A stretch of DNA of 64,000 nt from an uncultured Prolixibacteraceae bacterium (GTDB taxonomy: Bacteria; Bacteroidota; Bacteroidia; Bacteroidales; FEN-979). The translations under genes were made by a program, and so were the position numbers. Below the pieces are notes generated by a model, which was given only the letters and a program-made list of their open reading frames with translations, did no database searches and was not told where the DNA came from. The stretch is taken from positions 2,668 through 66,667 of the forward strand of contig CAYYPH010000019.1 in assembly GCA_964473485.1 (NCBI GenBank). The letters are read 5' to 3'. The first letter of the stretch is position 1. Every line of letters begins with the position of its first letter. Shown piece after piece: positions 43,742-54,538 of this stretch.

Positions 43742-44751
43742 AACCTGCCGTCAGAAAAGTCCTCATCATCCGCCTGAGTTCCATTGGCGATATTGTTCTC
43801 ACCACACCGGTGGTACGGTGCATCCGGAAGCAATTCCCCTCTGCCGAGATTCACTACCTTACCAAAAGCCGGTATGCCATGCTTATCGAAGCCAATCCTT
43901 ACATCGACAGGATCTGGCGGTTTAATGATAATCTCGGTGAACTGATCGCGCTGCTGAAAAAAGAAAAGTTCAGTTTCATCGTCGACCTGCACCGGAACCT
44001 CCGGTCGCACTACCTGCGGTTAATGATCGCGGCACCGGGGGCAACCTTTCCCAAACTGAATCTTCTGAAATGGCTGATCGTTAACCTGAAGATCAACCGG
44101 CTGCCGGAGGTACACATCGTCGACCGTTACTTCAGGGCCTGCGCTCCCCTCAGAGTAAAAAACGACGGCCAGGGGCTCGATTACTTTATCCCGGCGGGCA
44201 GCGAAGTAAAACCTGAAGAACTGCCTCCCGCTCACCGCGAAGGCTTTGTTGCTGTGGTTACAGGAGGAAAACATGGTACCAAGATCTTTCCGGCCGGCAA
44301 GATCATTGAAGTGTGCCGGGAACTTAAACGCCCCGTTGTCATCCTCGGCGGACCCGAAGACCGCCACCGTGGCGAGGAGGTTGCAGCTTCCCTTGGACCC
44401 ATGATCTTCAACGCATGCGGCAAATTCGACCTGAACCAGTCTGCATCATTGATCCGGCAATCACTCGCAGTGCTCACGAACGACACCGGACTGATGCACA
44501 TAGCAGCCGCCTTCCGTAAACCCATCGTGTCGGTATGGGGAAATACCATACCGGCGTTCGGAATGTACCCGTATATGCCCGGAAAATCCGCCGGTTCTTA
44601 CCTTGCCGAAGTCAGCGGCCTTGGCTGCCGGCCATGCAGCAAACTGGGATATGAACGGTGTCCCAGGCAACACTTTCGCTGCATGAATGATATCGGCAGC
44701 CATGAAATCGCCATTACGCTTCAACGGATGATAAACAAGCAAACAGGCTGA
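43738..44751 (+). CDS. Glycosyltransferase family 9 (LPS heptosyltransferase-like)
   Basis: KVLIIRLSSIGDIVLTTPVVRCIRKQFP...NDTGLMHIAAAFRKPIVSVWG. The GTG start overlaps the upstream stop (GTGA). Confidence 0.8.
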   Translation: MKPAVRKVLIIRLSSIGDIVLTTPVVRCIRKQFPSAEIHYLTKSRYAMLIEANPYIDRIWRFNDNLGELIALLKKEKFSFIVDLHRNLRSHYLRLMIAAPGATFPKLNLLKWLIVNLKINRLPEVHIVDRYFRACAPLRVKNDGQGLDYFIPAGSEVKPEELPPAHREGFVAVVTGGKHGTKIFPAGKIIEVCRELKRPVVILGGPEDRHRGEEVAASLGPMIFNACGKFDLNQSASLIRQSLAVLTNDTGLMHIAAAFRKPIVSVWGNTIPAFGMYPYMPGKSAGSYLAEVSGLGCRPCSKLGYERCPRQHFRCMNDIGSHEIAITLQRMINKQTG

Positions 44752-45530
44752 TGACATTCACCGATACCCATAACCACTGTTATGCCGGGGAGTTCGACGC
44801 CGACCGTCCGGCAATGATCCGGCGGGCCATTGATGCTGGCGTGTCATACATGTTCCTGCCGGCCATCGATTCGGGGCATACCGACAGGCTACTCGAAATG
44901 GCAGGAAATTATCCGCAACATTGTTTTCCGATGATGGGGCTGCATCCGACCTCGGTCAGGGAGAATTACCCTGAAGAGCTGGCTCACGTGGAAGAAATGC
45001 TTGCAAAACCAGGTGTTATTTTTTACGCCATCGGCGAGATCGGCATTGATCTTTACTGGGACCGGACCTTTGAACAACAGCAGGTGGAGGTCTTCAGGCG
45101 ACAGCTCAAACTTGCGGTTGAATACGACCTTCCGGTGGTCATCCACACCCGGAATTCGATGGATATCGCCCTGCAGATCGTCAGCGAGTGGCCGGGAAAT
45201 CCGCTCCGGGGTATTTTTCATTGCTTCAGCGGCAATGCGGTTCAGGCAGCACAGGCCATCAGGCTGGGGTTTAAGCTGGGCATCGGGGGGGTTATCACCT
45301 ACAGGAATTCCGGGCTCCAGAAGGTGGTCGAACACACCCCGGTCGAACATCTTGTCCTCGAAACCGATGCACCGTGGCTTCCCCCGGTTCCCCACCGGGG
45401 CGAAAGGAACGAACCTTCCTATATCCCGCTCATAGCTCAGAAGATCGCGGAAATTAAAAACCTATCTCTGGAGACGGTCGCAGAGATCACAACAAATAAT
45501 GCTGTTGACCTTTTCAGGATCGACCGGTAA
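44751..45530 (+). CDS. tatD: TatD-family metal-dependent hydrolase/DNase
   Basis: DTHNHCY, GEIGIDLYW, VVIHTRNS, HCFSG, LETDAPWL. The start overlaps the upstream stop (ATGA). Confidence 0.9.
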   Translation: MTFTDTHNHCYAGEFDADRPAMIRRAIDAGVSYMFLPAIDSGHTDRLLEMAGNYPQHCFPMMGLHPTSVRENYPEELAHVEEMLAKPGVIFYAIGEIGIDLYWDRTFEQQQVEVFRRQLKLAVEYDLPVVIHTRNSMDIALQIVSEWPGNPLRGIFHCFSGNAVQAAQAIRLGFKLGIGGVITYRNSGLQKVVEHTPVEHLVLETDAPWLPPVPHRGERNEPSYIPLIAQKIAEIKNLSLETVAEITTNNAVDLFRIDR

Positions 45531-45534
45531 CTTT

Positions 45535-46200
45535 CTATAAAAGGTCCGGAATCCTTGCGATCACACCCTCGTGGTCATTGACGGGCGAATTGACCAGCTT
45601 CGATATGGGCCAGGCCTCCATCAGTTCTGCGGGAAATGGTTGCAGCAGTCCGGTCAGGTTGTCGTCAGGACCGGCCTGTATCCAGCGCGATTCCTCGCTG
45701 CGTGGCAGAATTACAGGCATGCGGTCGTGAATGGCAGCCATCAGTCTGTTGGGAACGGTGGTGAGGATGGTGAAAGAATGTACAGGTATACCCCCGGGGT
45801 CGTTCCACGTATCCCACAACCCGGCAAATGCAAACGGATCGCCGCTTTTCAGCCGGATGTTATAAGGGGTCTTTTCACTGTTGCGCTTCCACTCATAAAA
45901 GCCGGTTGCCGGCACAAGGCATCTCCTGCTCCTGAAGGAATTACGAAATGAGGGTTTTTCGGTCACGGTCTCCGCCCTGGCATTGATCATCTTGTTACCG
46001 ATGGCAGCCTCTTTGGCCCAGGCGGGTATCAGCCCCCACCGGAAGAACTGAAGCGTTTCCGGTTCCCGGTTTGTGATCACCGCCAGATTCTGGGTCGGCG
46101 CACAGTTGTATCGCGCTTTGTATATGGCAGTTCTTACCCTGATCCCGAACCGCTCCTGGATCAGGGCATCCTCCATCACAAATGAAAAACGTCCGCACAT
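45535..46200 (-). CDS. SOS response-associated peptidase (SRAP/YedK family)
   Basis: N-terminal MCGRFS with catalytic Cys2; also APTQ, RWGLIPAW, NARAET, FYEW. Confidence 0.9.
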   Translation of the reverse strand: MCGRFSFVMEDALIQERFGIRVRTAIYKARYNCAPTQNLAVITNREPETLQFFRWGLIPAWAKEAAIGNKMINARAETVTEKPSFRNSFRSRRCLVPATGFYEWKRNSEKTPYNIRLKSGDPFAFAGLWDTWNDPGGIPVHSFTILTTVPNRLMAAIHDRMPVILPRSEESRWIQAGPDDNLTGLLQPFPAELMEAWPISKLVNSPVNDHEGVIARIPDLL

Positions 46201-46296
46201 AGATAAAAAATTTATGGTAAAGATACGTGTACTGATTTTTTTTTACTCTTTTGTTGAATTTACTGTTTTTTGTTATATTTTTGAGAAAAAAATTCA

Positions 46297-46590
46297 ATGT
46301 CACCGGTCAAGCATCTAAATATTACCCTAACAGGCAAAGTACAGCAGGTCGGGTTCCGCTTCACTGCGATGGAGGTCGCCCACCGGCATGATATCAGGGG
46401 AATCGTTATGAACTCCGGCAGTAACATGGTCTACATTGAGGCAGAGGGCAAACCGGACGACCTTGATATGTTCCTTAAATGGTGTGCCCGGGGACCGCTC
46501 GGTGCAAGGGTCGACAAGGTGGAGGTGGCGGAAGCCGGGCTGAAGGATTATACCCGTTTTGATATAATGAGCCGGTCTGCTGCGCTCTAA
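46297..46590 (+). CDS. acyP: Acylphosphatase
   Basis: 97 aa; ITLTGKVQQVGFRFTAMEVA...GIVMNSGSNMVYIEAEG...FLKWCARGP. Confidence 0.85.
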   Translation: MSPVKHLNITLTGKVQQVGFRFTAMEVAHRHDIRGIVMNSGSNMVYIEAEGKPDDLDMFLKWCARGPLGARVDKVEVAEAGLKDYTRFDIMSRSAAL

Positions 46591-46595
46591 GTTGT

Positions 46596-47282
46596 TCATG
46601 GCTCTGTGCAGCCTGCAACAATGATTACGATTTCACCTTTCACGGTCTTGCTCCTAAAGTGTGTTAACAGTTCCTCTATTGTTCCGCGCACAGTCTCTTC
46701 ATGGATCTTGGAAATTTCCCTGCACACACAGGCTGCTCTTTCGGTACCGAAATATTCCGACATTTGTTCCAAAGTTCTGGTCAGCCGGTGCGGTGACTCG
46801 TAAAAAACCATCGTCCTCGGTTCATTCTGCAGCGAGAGCAACCTGGAGTGCCGGCCCTTCTTGTGGGGCAGGAATCCTTCGAAAATGAACCGTTCGCACG
46901 GGAGTCCTGAATCGACCAGCGCCGGTACGAAGGCGGTGGGTCCGGGCAGACATTCCACTGCTATTTCCGACCTGATGCATTCCCTCACCAGTAGGAATCC
47001 CGGATCGCTGATAGCCGGGGTTCCGGCATCGGAGACCAGGGCACAGGTTTCACCTGCAAGGATCCGGTCAACCACCCACCGCAGGGTTTTGTGCTCATTG
47101 AACTGGTGATGGGCCCAAAGCTTTTTTTCAATGTTATAGTGCCTGAGCAGGTTGCCGGTTGTCCGGGTGTCCTCGGCAAGAATAAAATCTGCCTCTTTCA
47201 ACAACCGCAAGGCCCTGAAAGTTATGTCTTCAAGGTTACCCACCGGGGTGGGGACAACATATAGTTTCCCTGTGGCACTCAT
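46596..47282 (-). CDS. rsmI: 16S rRNA (cytidine1402-2'-O)-methyltransferase
   Basis: LYVVPTPVGNLEDITFRALRLLKEADFILAEDTRTT...SDAGTPAISDPG...YESPHR. Its start overlaps the stop of the upstream regulator gene. Confidence 0.9.
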   Translation of the reverse strand: MSATGKLYVVPTPVGNLEDITFRALRLLKEADFILAEDTRTTGNLLRHYNIEKKLWAHHQFNEHKTLRWVVDRILAGETCALVSDAGTPAISDPGFLLVRECIRSEIAVECLPGPTAFVPALVDSGLPCERFIFEGFLPHKKGRHSRLLSLQNEPRTMVFYESPHRLTRTLEQMSEYFGTERAACVCREISKIHEETVRGTIEELLTHFRSKTVKGEIVIIVAGCTEP

Positions 47283-47980
47283 GTATTCATCACCAGTTTG
47301 AACCCGATACCGTGAACATTGATCAGCTCCACCCTCGGATCGTGCTTAAGATATTTCCTGAGTTTGACTATATATACATCCATGCTCCGGGCATTGAAAT
47401 AACTATCGTCATTCCATATCTCCTTCAGCGCAGTCTTCCGGTCGAGCACCTCGTTGGGCCGCTGGCAAAGCAGTTTCAGCAGGCTGGCCTCCTTCGACGT
47501 GAGCTTCTGTTCCTTGTTACGGTAAGTGAGCGTCTGCCGGTTGTAGTCGAAGACATACCCCCCAAGCGAGAACACATTCTCCGACCCTCCCTGCTTTTCC
47601 CTGCCATCAGTCCTCCTGAGAATGGCCTGCATCCGCATCAGCAACTCCTCCATACTGAAAGGCTTGGTTAGATAATCATCGGCCCCGGCCTCAAAGCCCT
47701 TCAGCTTGTCTTCCTGCATCGACCGGGCTGTCAGAAAAAGCACCGGCACTTTCTTATCCAACGCACGGATCTCGCTTGCTGCCTCAAAACCATCCTTCAC
47801 CGGCATCATAATATCCAGTATGCAAAAATCAAACTCTTTCATCTGGAACATGTCGACAGCCTCCTGCCCGTTGACAGCCATGGTGGTATTGTATCCTTTG
47901 GCCTCCAGGTAATTCTTCAGGATGTTGCCCAGGTTACGGTCATCCTCGGCAAGCAGCACCCTCACCTGTTCTTTCTCCAT
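47279..47980 (-). CDS. OmpR/PhoB-type response regulator (RprY-like)
   Basis: VLLAEDDRNLGNIL...ILDIMMPVKDGFE...LTAR. Winged-helix C-terminus LTSKEASLLKLL...VHGIGFKL. Confidence 0.9.
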   Translation of the reverse strand: MEKEQVRVLLAEDDRNLGNILKNYLEAKGYNTTMAVNGQEAVDMFQMKEFDFCILDIMMPVKDGFEAASEIRALDKKVPVLFLTARSMQEDKLKGFEAGADDYLTKPFSMEELLMRMQAILRRTDGREKQGGSENVFSLGGYVFDYNRQTLTYRNKEQKLTSKEASLLKLLCQRPNEVLDRKTALKEIWNDDSYFNARSMDVYIVKLRKYLKHDPRVELINVHGIGFKLVMNT

Positions 47981-48004
47981 ACATCATAAATTAGCAACAA
48001 GTTT

Positions 48005-49288
48005 TTACTCCGTGAGTATAAAAGGCAGGAACACCCTGAACCGTGAACCCTTGCCGACCTCGCTCTCCAGCGTGATCCTGCCCTTATGTTGATTGACAAT
48101 CGCCTTCACATAACTGAGCCCCAGTCCGAAGCCCCTCACCTCGTGTATGTTCCCGGTCGGCACCCGATACAGTTTGTCAAAGATCTTCTTCTGTTCATGT
48201 TTGCCGATTCCGATCCCGTTGTCTTCGATGGTCATGACGATCCCGTTGCTTACGTTATCGGTCACAATCCTGATGAGGGGTTTCTTCGGGGTATATTTAT
48301 TGGCATTGTCAAGCAGGTTATAAACCAGGTTGGTGATGTGCACACGGTCGCCTTCAATGGTGGTCATCCGGGCATTCAGATCGGTAACGATCACACCATC
48401 CTTGATCTCCACCTGTATCCGGATATTTTTAGCCACATCCCTGATGATTTCATGAAGATCAATGGTCTGTACATTCATTTTCAGATGACCCTTGTCGATA
48501 ACCGCGGTTTGCAGGATCTTTTCCGACATCACGGCCAGACGCCTGTTCTCCTCCCTGATCATCTCCAGGTAACTATCGACCATCCCCTCCGTCCTCCGCA
48601 GATCCTTGTCGGTAAGTGCCTCGCACGCGAGACTGATGGTAGAGATCGGCGTTTTGAACTCATGGGTCATGTTGTTGATGAAATCGTTCTTCATCTCCGC
48701 GAAGCGTCGCTGCCTGAATACCGTGGCAATGGTGTAGGTGAACGAATACACGATGACAATGATGAGAATTATGGAAATCAACAGCATACCCCAGATCTCG
48801 GTGAGCAGGAACTGCTTCTCGTACGGAAAAAAGATCAACAGGTACTCCGGGCTTGAGTAAATATCGGCCTGGAAAAGTATAAAAGCATTTCCCTTTTCGA
48901 TCAGCTCCTTCCTGTGATTGGGCGATTGTTCGATGATAAATTGCTGGTTCTCGGGTTTGTATACACAGAACACGAAACGGGTGTCTACCCCCCTGATATT
49001 CAATTCAAGCCTGATCATCGAATCAAGCTCTTCGCCTTTCAGGAAACTGTCTATCGGAAGATGCCGGGTAATCAGGATGTTCTGACCCTGGTTCATCAGC
49101 ATCGATTTGGTCTTCTCAAGCCTCTCGACCTTGGCTACCACGCGGGCCATGGCCTCGTTGACACTCCGCCTGAAGTTGGCCTCCTTGATCGACGAAGCGC
49201 TCTGTATCCAGTATATCTGAATGACCATAAGCCCGATAAGGGCAATGGTCATGGCCACGATGGTAATAAGTATGATCCTGCGGTTCAT
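48005..49288 (-). CDS. Sensor histidine kinase (HisKA/HATPase_c, RprX-like)
   Basis: Two TM segments. H-box NNMTHEFKTPISTI, N-box LLDNANKYT, DNGIGI, GFGLGLSYV. Confidence 0.85.
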   Translation of the reverse strand: MNRRIILITIVAMTIALIGLMVIQIYWIQSASSIKEANFRRSVNEAMARVVAKVERLEKTKSMLMNQGQNILITRHLPIDSFLKGEELDSMIRLELNIRGVDTRFVFCVYKPENQQFIIEQSPNHRKELIEKGNAFILFQADIYSSPEYLLIFFPYEKQFLLTEIWGMLLISIILIIVIVYSFTYTIATVFRQRRFAEMKNDFINNMTHEFKTPISTISLACEALTDKDLRRTEGMVDSYLEMIREENRRLAVMSEKILQTAVIDKGHLKMNVQTIDLHEIIRDVAKNIRIQVEIKDGVIVTDLNARMTTIEGDRVHITNLVYNLLDNANKYTPKKPLIRIVTDNVSNGIVMTIEDNGIGIGKHEQKKIFDKLYRVPTGNIHEVRGFGLGLSYVKAIVNQHKGRITLESEVGKGSRFRVFLPFILTE

Positions 49289-49546
49289 CGTGACAAAAAT
49301 ACCGAAAATGCAGGTACCTGTTTAACAATTTTTAACGTATATTAATAAACCTTAACATTTTCCGCGATTATATCGCGCTATCTTTGCAATGCAAGTTTTC
49401 AAACCCGCTTCTTATATACGGGCCAGACGGATTTTAACCTGCAAAGGTTATCTATCGATTTCTGAAAATGTGTCGCCTGCGGCGGCACATTTTTTTTTGC
49501 AGGCAATGCCAATTCTGGTAACTTCGTAATCGAAAAAAATAAAGCC

Positions 49547-50890
49547 ATGATACAACTGAAGATTGATACCAGTAAAACAAGTCCGTTTGTTGGTGAAAAA
49601 TGCCTGCCCCGCTTCCAGGAAGAAATCAGCAAATGCCATCATGCCTTGGTGGCTGGCAATGGAAAAGGCAATGATTTTCTCGGGTGGAGAGACCTTCCGG
49701 TCATGATCGGCGGGGACCTGCTCCAAAGAATCATCAGCGATGCAGAAAAAATCAGGAAACAAGCCGAAATATTTGTTGTGATCGGCATCGGTGGCTCATA
49801 CCTGGGAGCCCGCGCCGTGATCGACGCCCTGTCGGATCCGTTTGAACATGTGCACCATGCGAACACAGGTCCGCTGATCGTTTATGCGGGCGAAAATTTG
49901 AGCGAGGATTATCATGCACGACTGATGACCCTGCTCGATAAAAAAGATTATGCCGTCGCCGTCATTTCCAAGTCAGGCACCACCACCGAACCTGCCGTGG
50001 CCTTCAGGCTCATCCGCAACCACATCGAATCAAAATACGGTAAAGAGGGGGCCCGCCAAAGAATCTACGCCGTTACCGATGCCCGCCGGGGAGCGCTGAA
50101 GACCCTTGCCGATACCGAGGGTTATTCCACCTACGTGATCCCCGATGATGTCGGTGGCAGGTATTCTGTTCTTACCCCGGTCGGACTGCTGCCGATCGCC
50201 GTGGCAGGCTTCGACATCCGGTCGCTGATCGAAGGCGCGCGCGCCATGCGCGAAGTCGCCATGTCAACGGACGACTGTGAGAAAAATCCCTGTACCCTCT
50301 ATGCAGCCGTAAGGAATATCCTTTACCGCAACGGCAAATTCGTCGAGATCATGGTCTCATACGAACCCGGGATGCTCTATTTCATCGAATGGTGGAAACA
50401 GCTTTACGGCGAAAGTGAAGGCAAAGAAAAGATGGGGATCTTTCCTGCAGGTGTCACCTTTACCAGCGATCTTCATTCTATGGGACAGTACATCCAGGAG
50501 GGTTCCCGCATTCTCTTCGAAACCGTTGTCTCGGTAAGCAATCCCAGGCATGAACTGACCATCCCGGTGGATCCTGAAAATCTCGACGGACTTAATTTCC
50601 TCTCTGGAAAACGGATGAGTGAAGTAAACCTGCAGGCTGAGCTCGGAACCTTGCTGGCCCATGTCGACGGCGGAGTTCCCAACATCCGGATATCCATCCC
50701 GGCCATCAATGAACGCAGCCTCGGCGAACTGATCTATTTTTACGAATTTTCCTGCGCAATAAGCGGATATGCCCTGGGGGTCAACCCGTTCGATCAGCCG
50801 GGTGTGGAAGCATACAAGAAAAATATGTTCGCCCTTCTCGGAAAACCTGGGTTCGAAAAAGAGACGGAAATTTTACGCGGAAGGCTTTGA
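49547..50890 (+). CDS. pgi: Glucose-6-phosphate isomerase
   Basis: GIGGSYLGARAV, ISKSGTTTEP, GGRYSVLT, ESEGK, NPFDQPGVE. Confidence 0.9.
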   Translation: MIQLKIDTSKTSPFVGEKCLPRFQEEISKCHHALVAGNGKGNDFLGWRDLPVMIGGDLLQRIISDAEKIRKQAEIFVVIGIGGSYLGARAVIDALSDPFEHVHHANTGPLIVYAGENLSEDYHARLMTLLDKKDYAVAVISKSGTTTEPAVAFRLIRNHIESKYGKEGARQRIYAVTDARRGALKTLADTEGYSTYVIPDDVGGRYSVLTPVGLLPIAVAGFDIRSLIEGARAMREVAMSTDDCEKNPCTLYAAVRNILYRNGKFVEIMVSYEPGMLYFIEWWKQLYGESEGKEKMGIFPAGVTFTSDLHSMGQYIQEGSRILFETVVSVSNPRHELTIPVDPENLDGLNFLSGKRMSEVNLQAELGTLLAHVDGGVPNIRISIPAINERSLGELIYFYEFSCAISGYALGVNPFDQPGVEAYKKNMFALLGKPGFEKETEILRGRL

Positions 50891-50891
50891 T

Positions 50892-51485
50892 CTAAGCAGG
50901 GATATCCCCCTCTGTCTTTTTTCCCAGGACCAGCTGTTCAATAACCACGGGGAAATGCCGGTACTCGAGCTGGTGTATCCTGCCGGCCAGCGTCTCAGCG
51001 GTGTCTCCCTGCAATACGGGGCAACGGGCCTGAAAAACAACGGATCCTTCGTCGTACCGTTCATTCACATGGTGGATGGTAATTCCTGATTCATGGTCGC
51101 CTGAATCAAGAACGGCCTGGTGAACTTTCATTCCGTACATCCCCTTTCCTCCGTATCTGGGAAGGAGTGCCGGATGGATATTGACGATACGCCCTGCGAA
51201 ATGATGCAGAATATTGGCAGGTACCAGCCAGAGAAACCCTGCCAGGATAATGTAGCTTACATTCTGCACCGTCAGCAGGTCAAGCACATAATCGGTATCG
51301 TATAACTCCTCACGCGAAAACACCACGTGGGGTATGTGAAGTTTTTGTGCCCTTTCGAGGACTAACGCGCCTGGATTGTTACTTAATATCAGGTCAACCC
51401 TGATCCGGGGATGATCCCTGAAATACTCGGCGATACGCTGTGCGTTGGTTCCGCTCCCGGAGGCGAAGATGGCAAGTCGGTGCAT
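50892..51485 (-). CDS. purN: Phosphoribosylglycinamide formyltransferase
   Basis: IFASGSGTNAQ...AGFLWLVP...NIHPALLPRYGGKGMYG...HESGITIH. Confidence 0.9.
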   Translation of the reverse strand: MHRLAIFASGSGTNAQRIAEYFRDHPRIRVDLILSNNPGALVLERAQKLHIPHVVFSREELYDTDYVLDLLTVQNVSYIILAGFLWLVPANILHHFAGRIVNIHPALLPRYGGKGMYGMKVHQAVLDSGDHESGITIHHVNERYDEGSVVFQARCPVLQGDTAETLAGRIHQLEYRHFPVVIEQLVLGKKTEGDIPA

Positions 51486-51668
51486 GATGGGCGTGTTGAT
51501 GATCTGTTATGGGCCTGGCAAGATACAAAAAGTAAATGACAGGCAGATAGTCATTTCTGAACATTGCTTACCCATACAAGCCGAACTGTTAAAAATTCTT
51601 AAATTTTATTGCTGAGATAAAATATATTCTTTTCTTTGCATTCCGTTTAACCAAAAAAGAAATTTAAC

Positions 51669-51905
51669 ATGTCTGACATTGCAGCAAAAGTAAAAGCTAT
51701 CATCGTTGATAAGCTTGGCGTTGACGAAAGTGAAGTTACCAACGAAGCCAGCTTCACCAATGATCTTGGTGCTGATTCTCTTGATACGGTCGAACTGATC
51801 ATGGAATTCGAAAAGGAATTCGACATTGCCATCCCCGACGATCAGGCCGAAAAAATCAGTACTGTTGGAGAAGCCATTGCTTACATCGAGAACAACACCA
51901 AATAA
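51669..51905 (+). CDS. acpP: Acyl carrier protein
   Basis: 78 aa with the phosphopantetheine site [16 protein letters not shown]. Confidence 0.95.
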   Translation: MSDIAAKVKAIIVDKLGVDESEVTNEASFTNDLGADSLDTVELIMEFEKEFDIAIPDDQAEKISTVGEAIAYIENNTK

Positions 51906-51968
51906 GTACGCCTCATCAATGGTGAAGCCCTTATTGGAAGTTTTCACAAAAAATTTTTAGCTTAATTT

Positions 51969-51989
51969 AACCCCGCCCCCGGCGGGGTT
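51969..51989 (+). terminator. GC-rich hairpin between acpP and fabF (possible attenuator)
   Basis: AACCCCGCC-ccc-GGCGGGGTT forms a 9-bp stem, but no clear T-tract follows. Confidence 0.35.
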
Positions 51990-52022
51990 ATCCGTTAAAC
52001 GATGAACCTAAATCTATAGCAC

Positions 52023-53273
52023 GTGGAATTAAGGCGAGTTGTCATTACCGGTCTGGGGGCACTTACCCCGATTGGTAACTCACACCAGGAGTACTGGAAA
52101 AACCTGATAAGCGGGGCCAATGGCGCAGGACCCATCACCCGTTTCGATGCCTCACGTTTCAAATCACAGTTTGCCTGTGAGGTTAAAAACTTTAACCCCG
52201 AAAATTATTTCGACCGCAAAGAGGTCAGGAAATACGACCGTTGTTCGCATTTCGGGATTGTTTGTGCCGATGAAGCCGTTAAGGACGCAGGTTTCGATCC
52301 GGCTGCAATAAATTACGATAAAGTAGGCGTGATCTGGGCCTCCGGCATAGGAGGCCTGGAGACCTTCCTGACCGAAGTTGCAGCCTATGCAACAGGTGAT
52401 GGTACGCCCCGGTTCAACCCCTTCTTTATTCCCAAAATGATCTCCGACATCACGGCCGGACATATTTCAATGAAACATGGCTTCAGGGGGCCCAATTTTG
52501 CCACGGTTTCCGCATGTGCCTCCTCCGCCAATGCCCTCGTTGACGCCTTCAACTATATCCGGCTTGGAAAAGCCGTTGCCATGGTTGCAGGCGGTTCCGA
52601 AGCTGCCATTACTCCGGTGGGCGTCGGCGGATTCAACGCCATGCACGCAATCTCCACCCGGAACGATGATCCTGCCACCGGGTCAAGGCCTTTCGACAAA
52701 GACCGAGACGGTTTTGTGATGGGCGAAGGAGCCGGTGCCCTGATCCTCGAAGATCTTGAACATGCCCTGGCAAGAGGCGCCAGGATCTACGGAGAATTCG
52801 TGGGAGGCGGCTTGTCAGCCGATGCCCACCATATGACCTCCCCTCACCCCGATGGACTCGGCGCCGTTCTTTCAATGCGTTCGGCCCTTGAAGACGCCGG
52901 GATCCCCCTGGAGATGATCGACCATATCAACACCCACGGCACTTCCACCCCTGCTGGCGATATCGCCGAACCCAAGGCCATTGTGACCCTCTTCGGCGAC
53001 CATGCCTACAAGATCAGTATCAACTCGACCAAATCAATGACCGGTCACCTGCTGGGAGCCGCCGGCGCCATCGAAGCCATCGCAACCCTTTATGCTGTGA
53101 TGAACGATGCTATTCCGCCTACCATAAACCACTTCACCGACGATCCCGACATCGCCCCGCTCGATTTCACTTTCAACCAGCCCCGTCAACGGGTGGTTAA
53201 CTACGCCCTGAGCAACACCTTCGGCTTCGGTGGTCATAACGCTTCACTCATTTTTACGAAATACAAGCCATAA
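52023..53273 (+). CDS. fabF: Beta-ketoacyl-ACP synthase II
   Basis: RRVVITGLG, active-site ACASS, HGTSTP, GHLLGAAG, FGFGGHNASL. GTG start. Confidence 0.95.
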   Translation: MELRRVVITGLGALTPIGNSHQEYWKNLISGANGAGPITRFDASRFKSQFACEVKNFNPENYFDRKEVRKYDRCSHFGIVCADEAVKDAGFDPAAINYDKVGVIWASGIGGLETFLTEVAAYATGDGTPRFNPFFIPKMISDITAGHISMKHGFRGPNFATVSACASSANALVDAFNYIRLGKAVAMVAGGSEAAITPVGVGGFNAMHAISTRNDDPATGSRPFDKDRDGFVMGEGAGALILEDLEHALARGARIYGEFVGGGLSADAHHMTSPHPDGLGAVLSMRSALEDAGIPLEMIDHINTHGTSTPAGDIAEPKAIVTLFGDHAYKISINSTKSMTGHLLGAAGAIEAIATLYAVMNDAIPPTINHFTDDPDIAPLDFTFNQPRQRVVNYALSNTFGFGGHNASLIFTKYKP

Positions 53274-53279
53274 AAAGCT

Positions 53280-54026
53280 TTGAGGATCAGACCAGCAAAA
53301 CCGGTCGTTTCTGAATACTTTTCCGATAAAACTCTCAGACAGGCCATAAAAAGTATTTTCGGGTACAAACCCGGAAATATCTTTTTGTACCACCAGGCCT
53401 TCCTGCACCGCTCAGCCAGCCAGGAATCTGGTAACGGCATCAGGATCAACAACGAACGTCTTGAATTCCTTGGCGACGCCATCCTCGATGCCGTTTCAGC
53501 CGACTACCTCTTCAAAACCTTCCCAACGCGCGACGAAGGATTCCTGACCGAGATGCGGTCGAAGATCGTCAGCCGCAACATGCTGAACAAACTCAGCCAG
53601 AAACTTGGCATCGATAAGCTGGTGCTGGTCGACAACGCCTCATCCGGAGCCTTCAAGTCGTTCAGAGGCGATGCCTTCGAAGCCCTCATCGGGGCGATGT
53701 ACCTCGACAAGGGGTATGAATTCACCCGCAAGGTCCTGCTTGAACGAATCATCCGCCAGTATTTCGACATGGATGACCTTGTAAACCAGGAGGTCAATTT
53801 TAAAAGCCGTATCATCGAATGGGCCCAGCGCGAAAAAAAACAGGTGCAGTTCATCGTGGCCGAAGAGGTGGGATCAGGGTACAAAAAACAGTATATCGTC
53901 GACCTGGTGGTCGACGGAACCACCATTGCCTCCGGCAGGGATTACTCCATCAAAGGAGCGGAACAAAACAGCAGTGAAAAAGCCTGGCAAAAAATAAATG
54001 GAGAAACCATTGACCTTAAAGGCTAA
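53280..54026 (+). CDS. rnc: Ribonuclease III
   Basis: Signature ERLEFLGDAIL and a C-terminal dsRBD-like region. The start is TTG per the ORF track and there is no upstream in-frame ATG. Confidence 0.9.
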   Translation: MRIRPAKPVVSEYFSDKTLRQAIKSIFGYKPGNIFLYHQAFLHRSASQESGNGIRINNERLEFLGDAILDAVSADYLFKTFPTRDEGFLTEMRSKIVSRNMLNKLSQKLGIDKLVLVDNASSGAFKSFRGDAFEALIGAMYLDKGYEFTRKVLLERIIRQYFDMDDLVNQEVNFKSRIIEWAQREKKQVQFIVAEEVGSGYKKQYIVDLVVDGTTIASGRDYSIKGAEQNSSEKAWQKINGETIDLKG

Positions 54027-54065
54027 AACGCTTATCTTTGTTAAAATGAACAAAGATTTTGCACC

Positions 54066-54536
54066 ATGCCCAGGAAGTTCATCCACTCCTCTTCACCCGA
54101 TTCCCCATCCTATACCATTTTGGGGATCTCCTGTCACCTGAAAGATTACCGGCTTTCGTTTATGCTCAACAGGCAGGCGGGTTTCGAACTCTCGAAGCTG
54201 GATGATTTCAATGGATTTTCGTTCTATTCCTGCCGGGATGACGATACATTCAACACCTATTTCCTTCTTGCAAACCGGAATACCGAGGGGGTGCTCCTGC
54301 CCGAACTCAAACAAACCGACTACATGCTGATTGTGGAAGGGCCATACAAGAAAACCCGGAAAGAGAAACTACTCGAGAATATCCGCGCAATCCAGAACAT
54401 TCTCACTGCCTTCGAAATCCGCTTCGAAACCATCCGTAACTGGGAGACTCTCCTTAACGACCTTGAACTGCATTATATAAAATTAAACAAAGAAGCAAAA
54501 ACCACATTTTCTCACCTTAAAAAACAGGAGGATTAA
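54066..54536 (+). CDS. Probable IPExxxVDY-family protein (Bacteroidota-specific small protein)
   Basis: 156 aa immediately after rnc and contains LPELKQTDY, matching the [IL]PExxx[VT]DY pattern. The family is recalled from memory only. Confidence 0.45.
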   Translation: MPRKFIHSSSPDSPSYTILGISCHLKDYRLSFMLNRQAGFELSKLDDFNGFSFYSCRDDDTFNTYFLLANRNTEGVLLPELKQTDYMLIVEGPYKKTRKEKLLENIRAIQNILTAFEIRFETIRNWETLLNDLELHYIKLNKEAKTTFSHLKKQED

Positions 54537-54538
54537 CC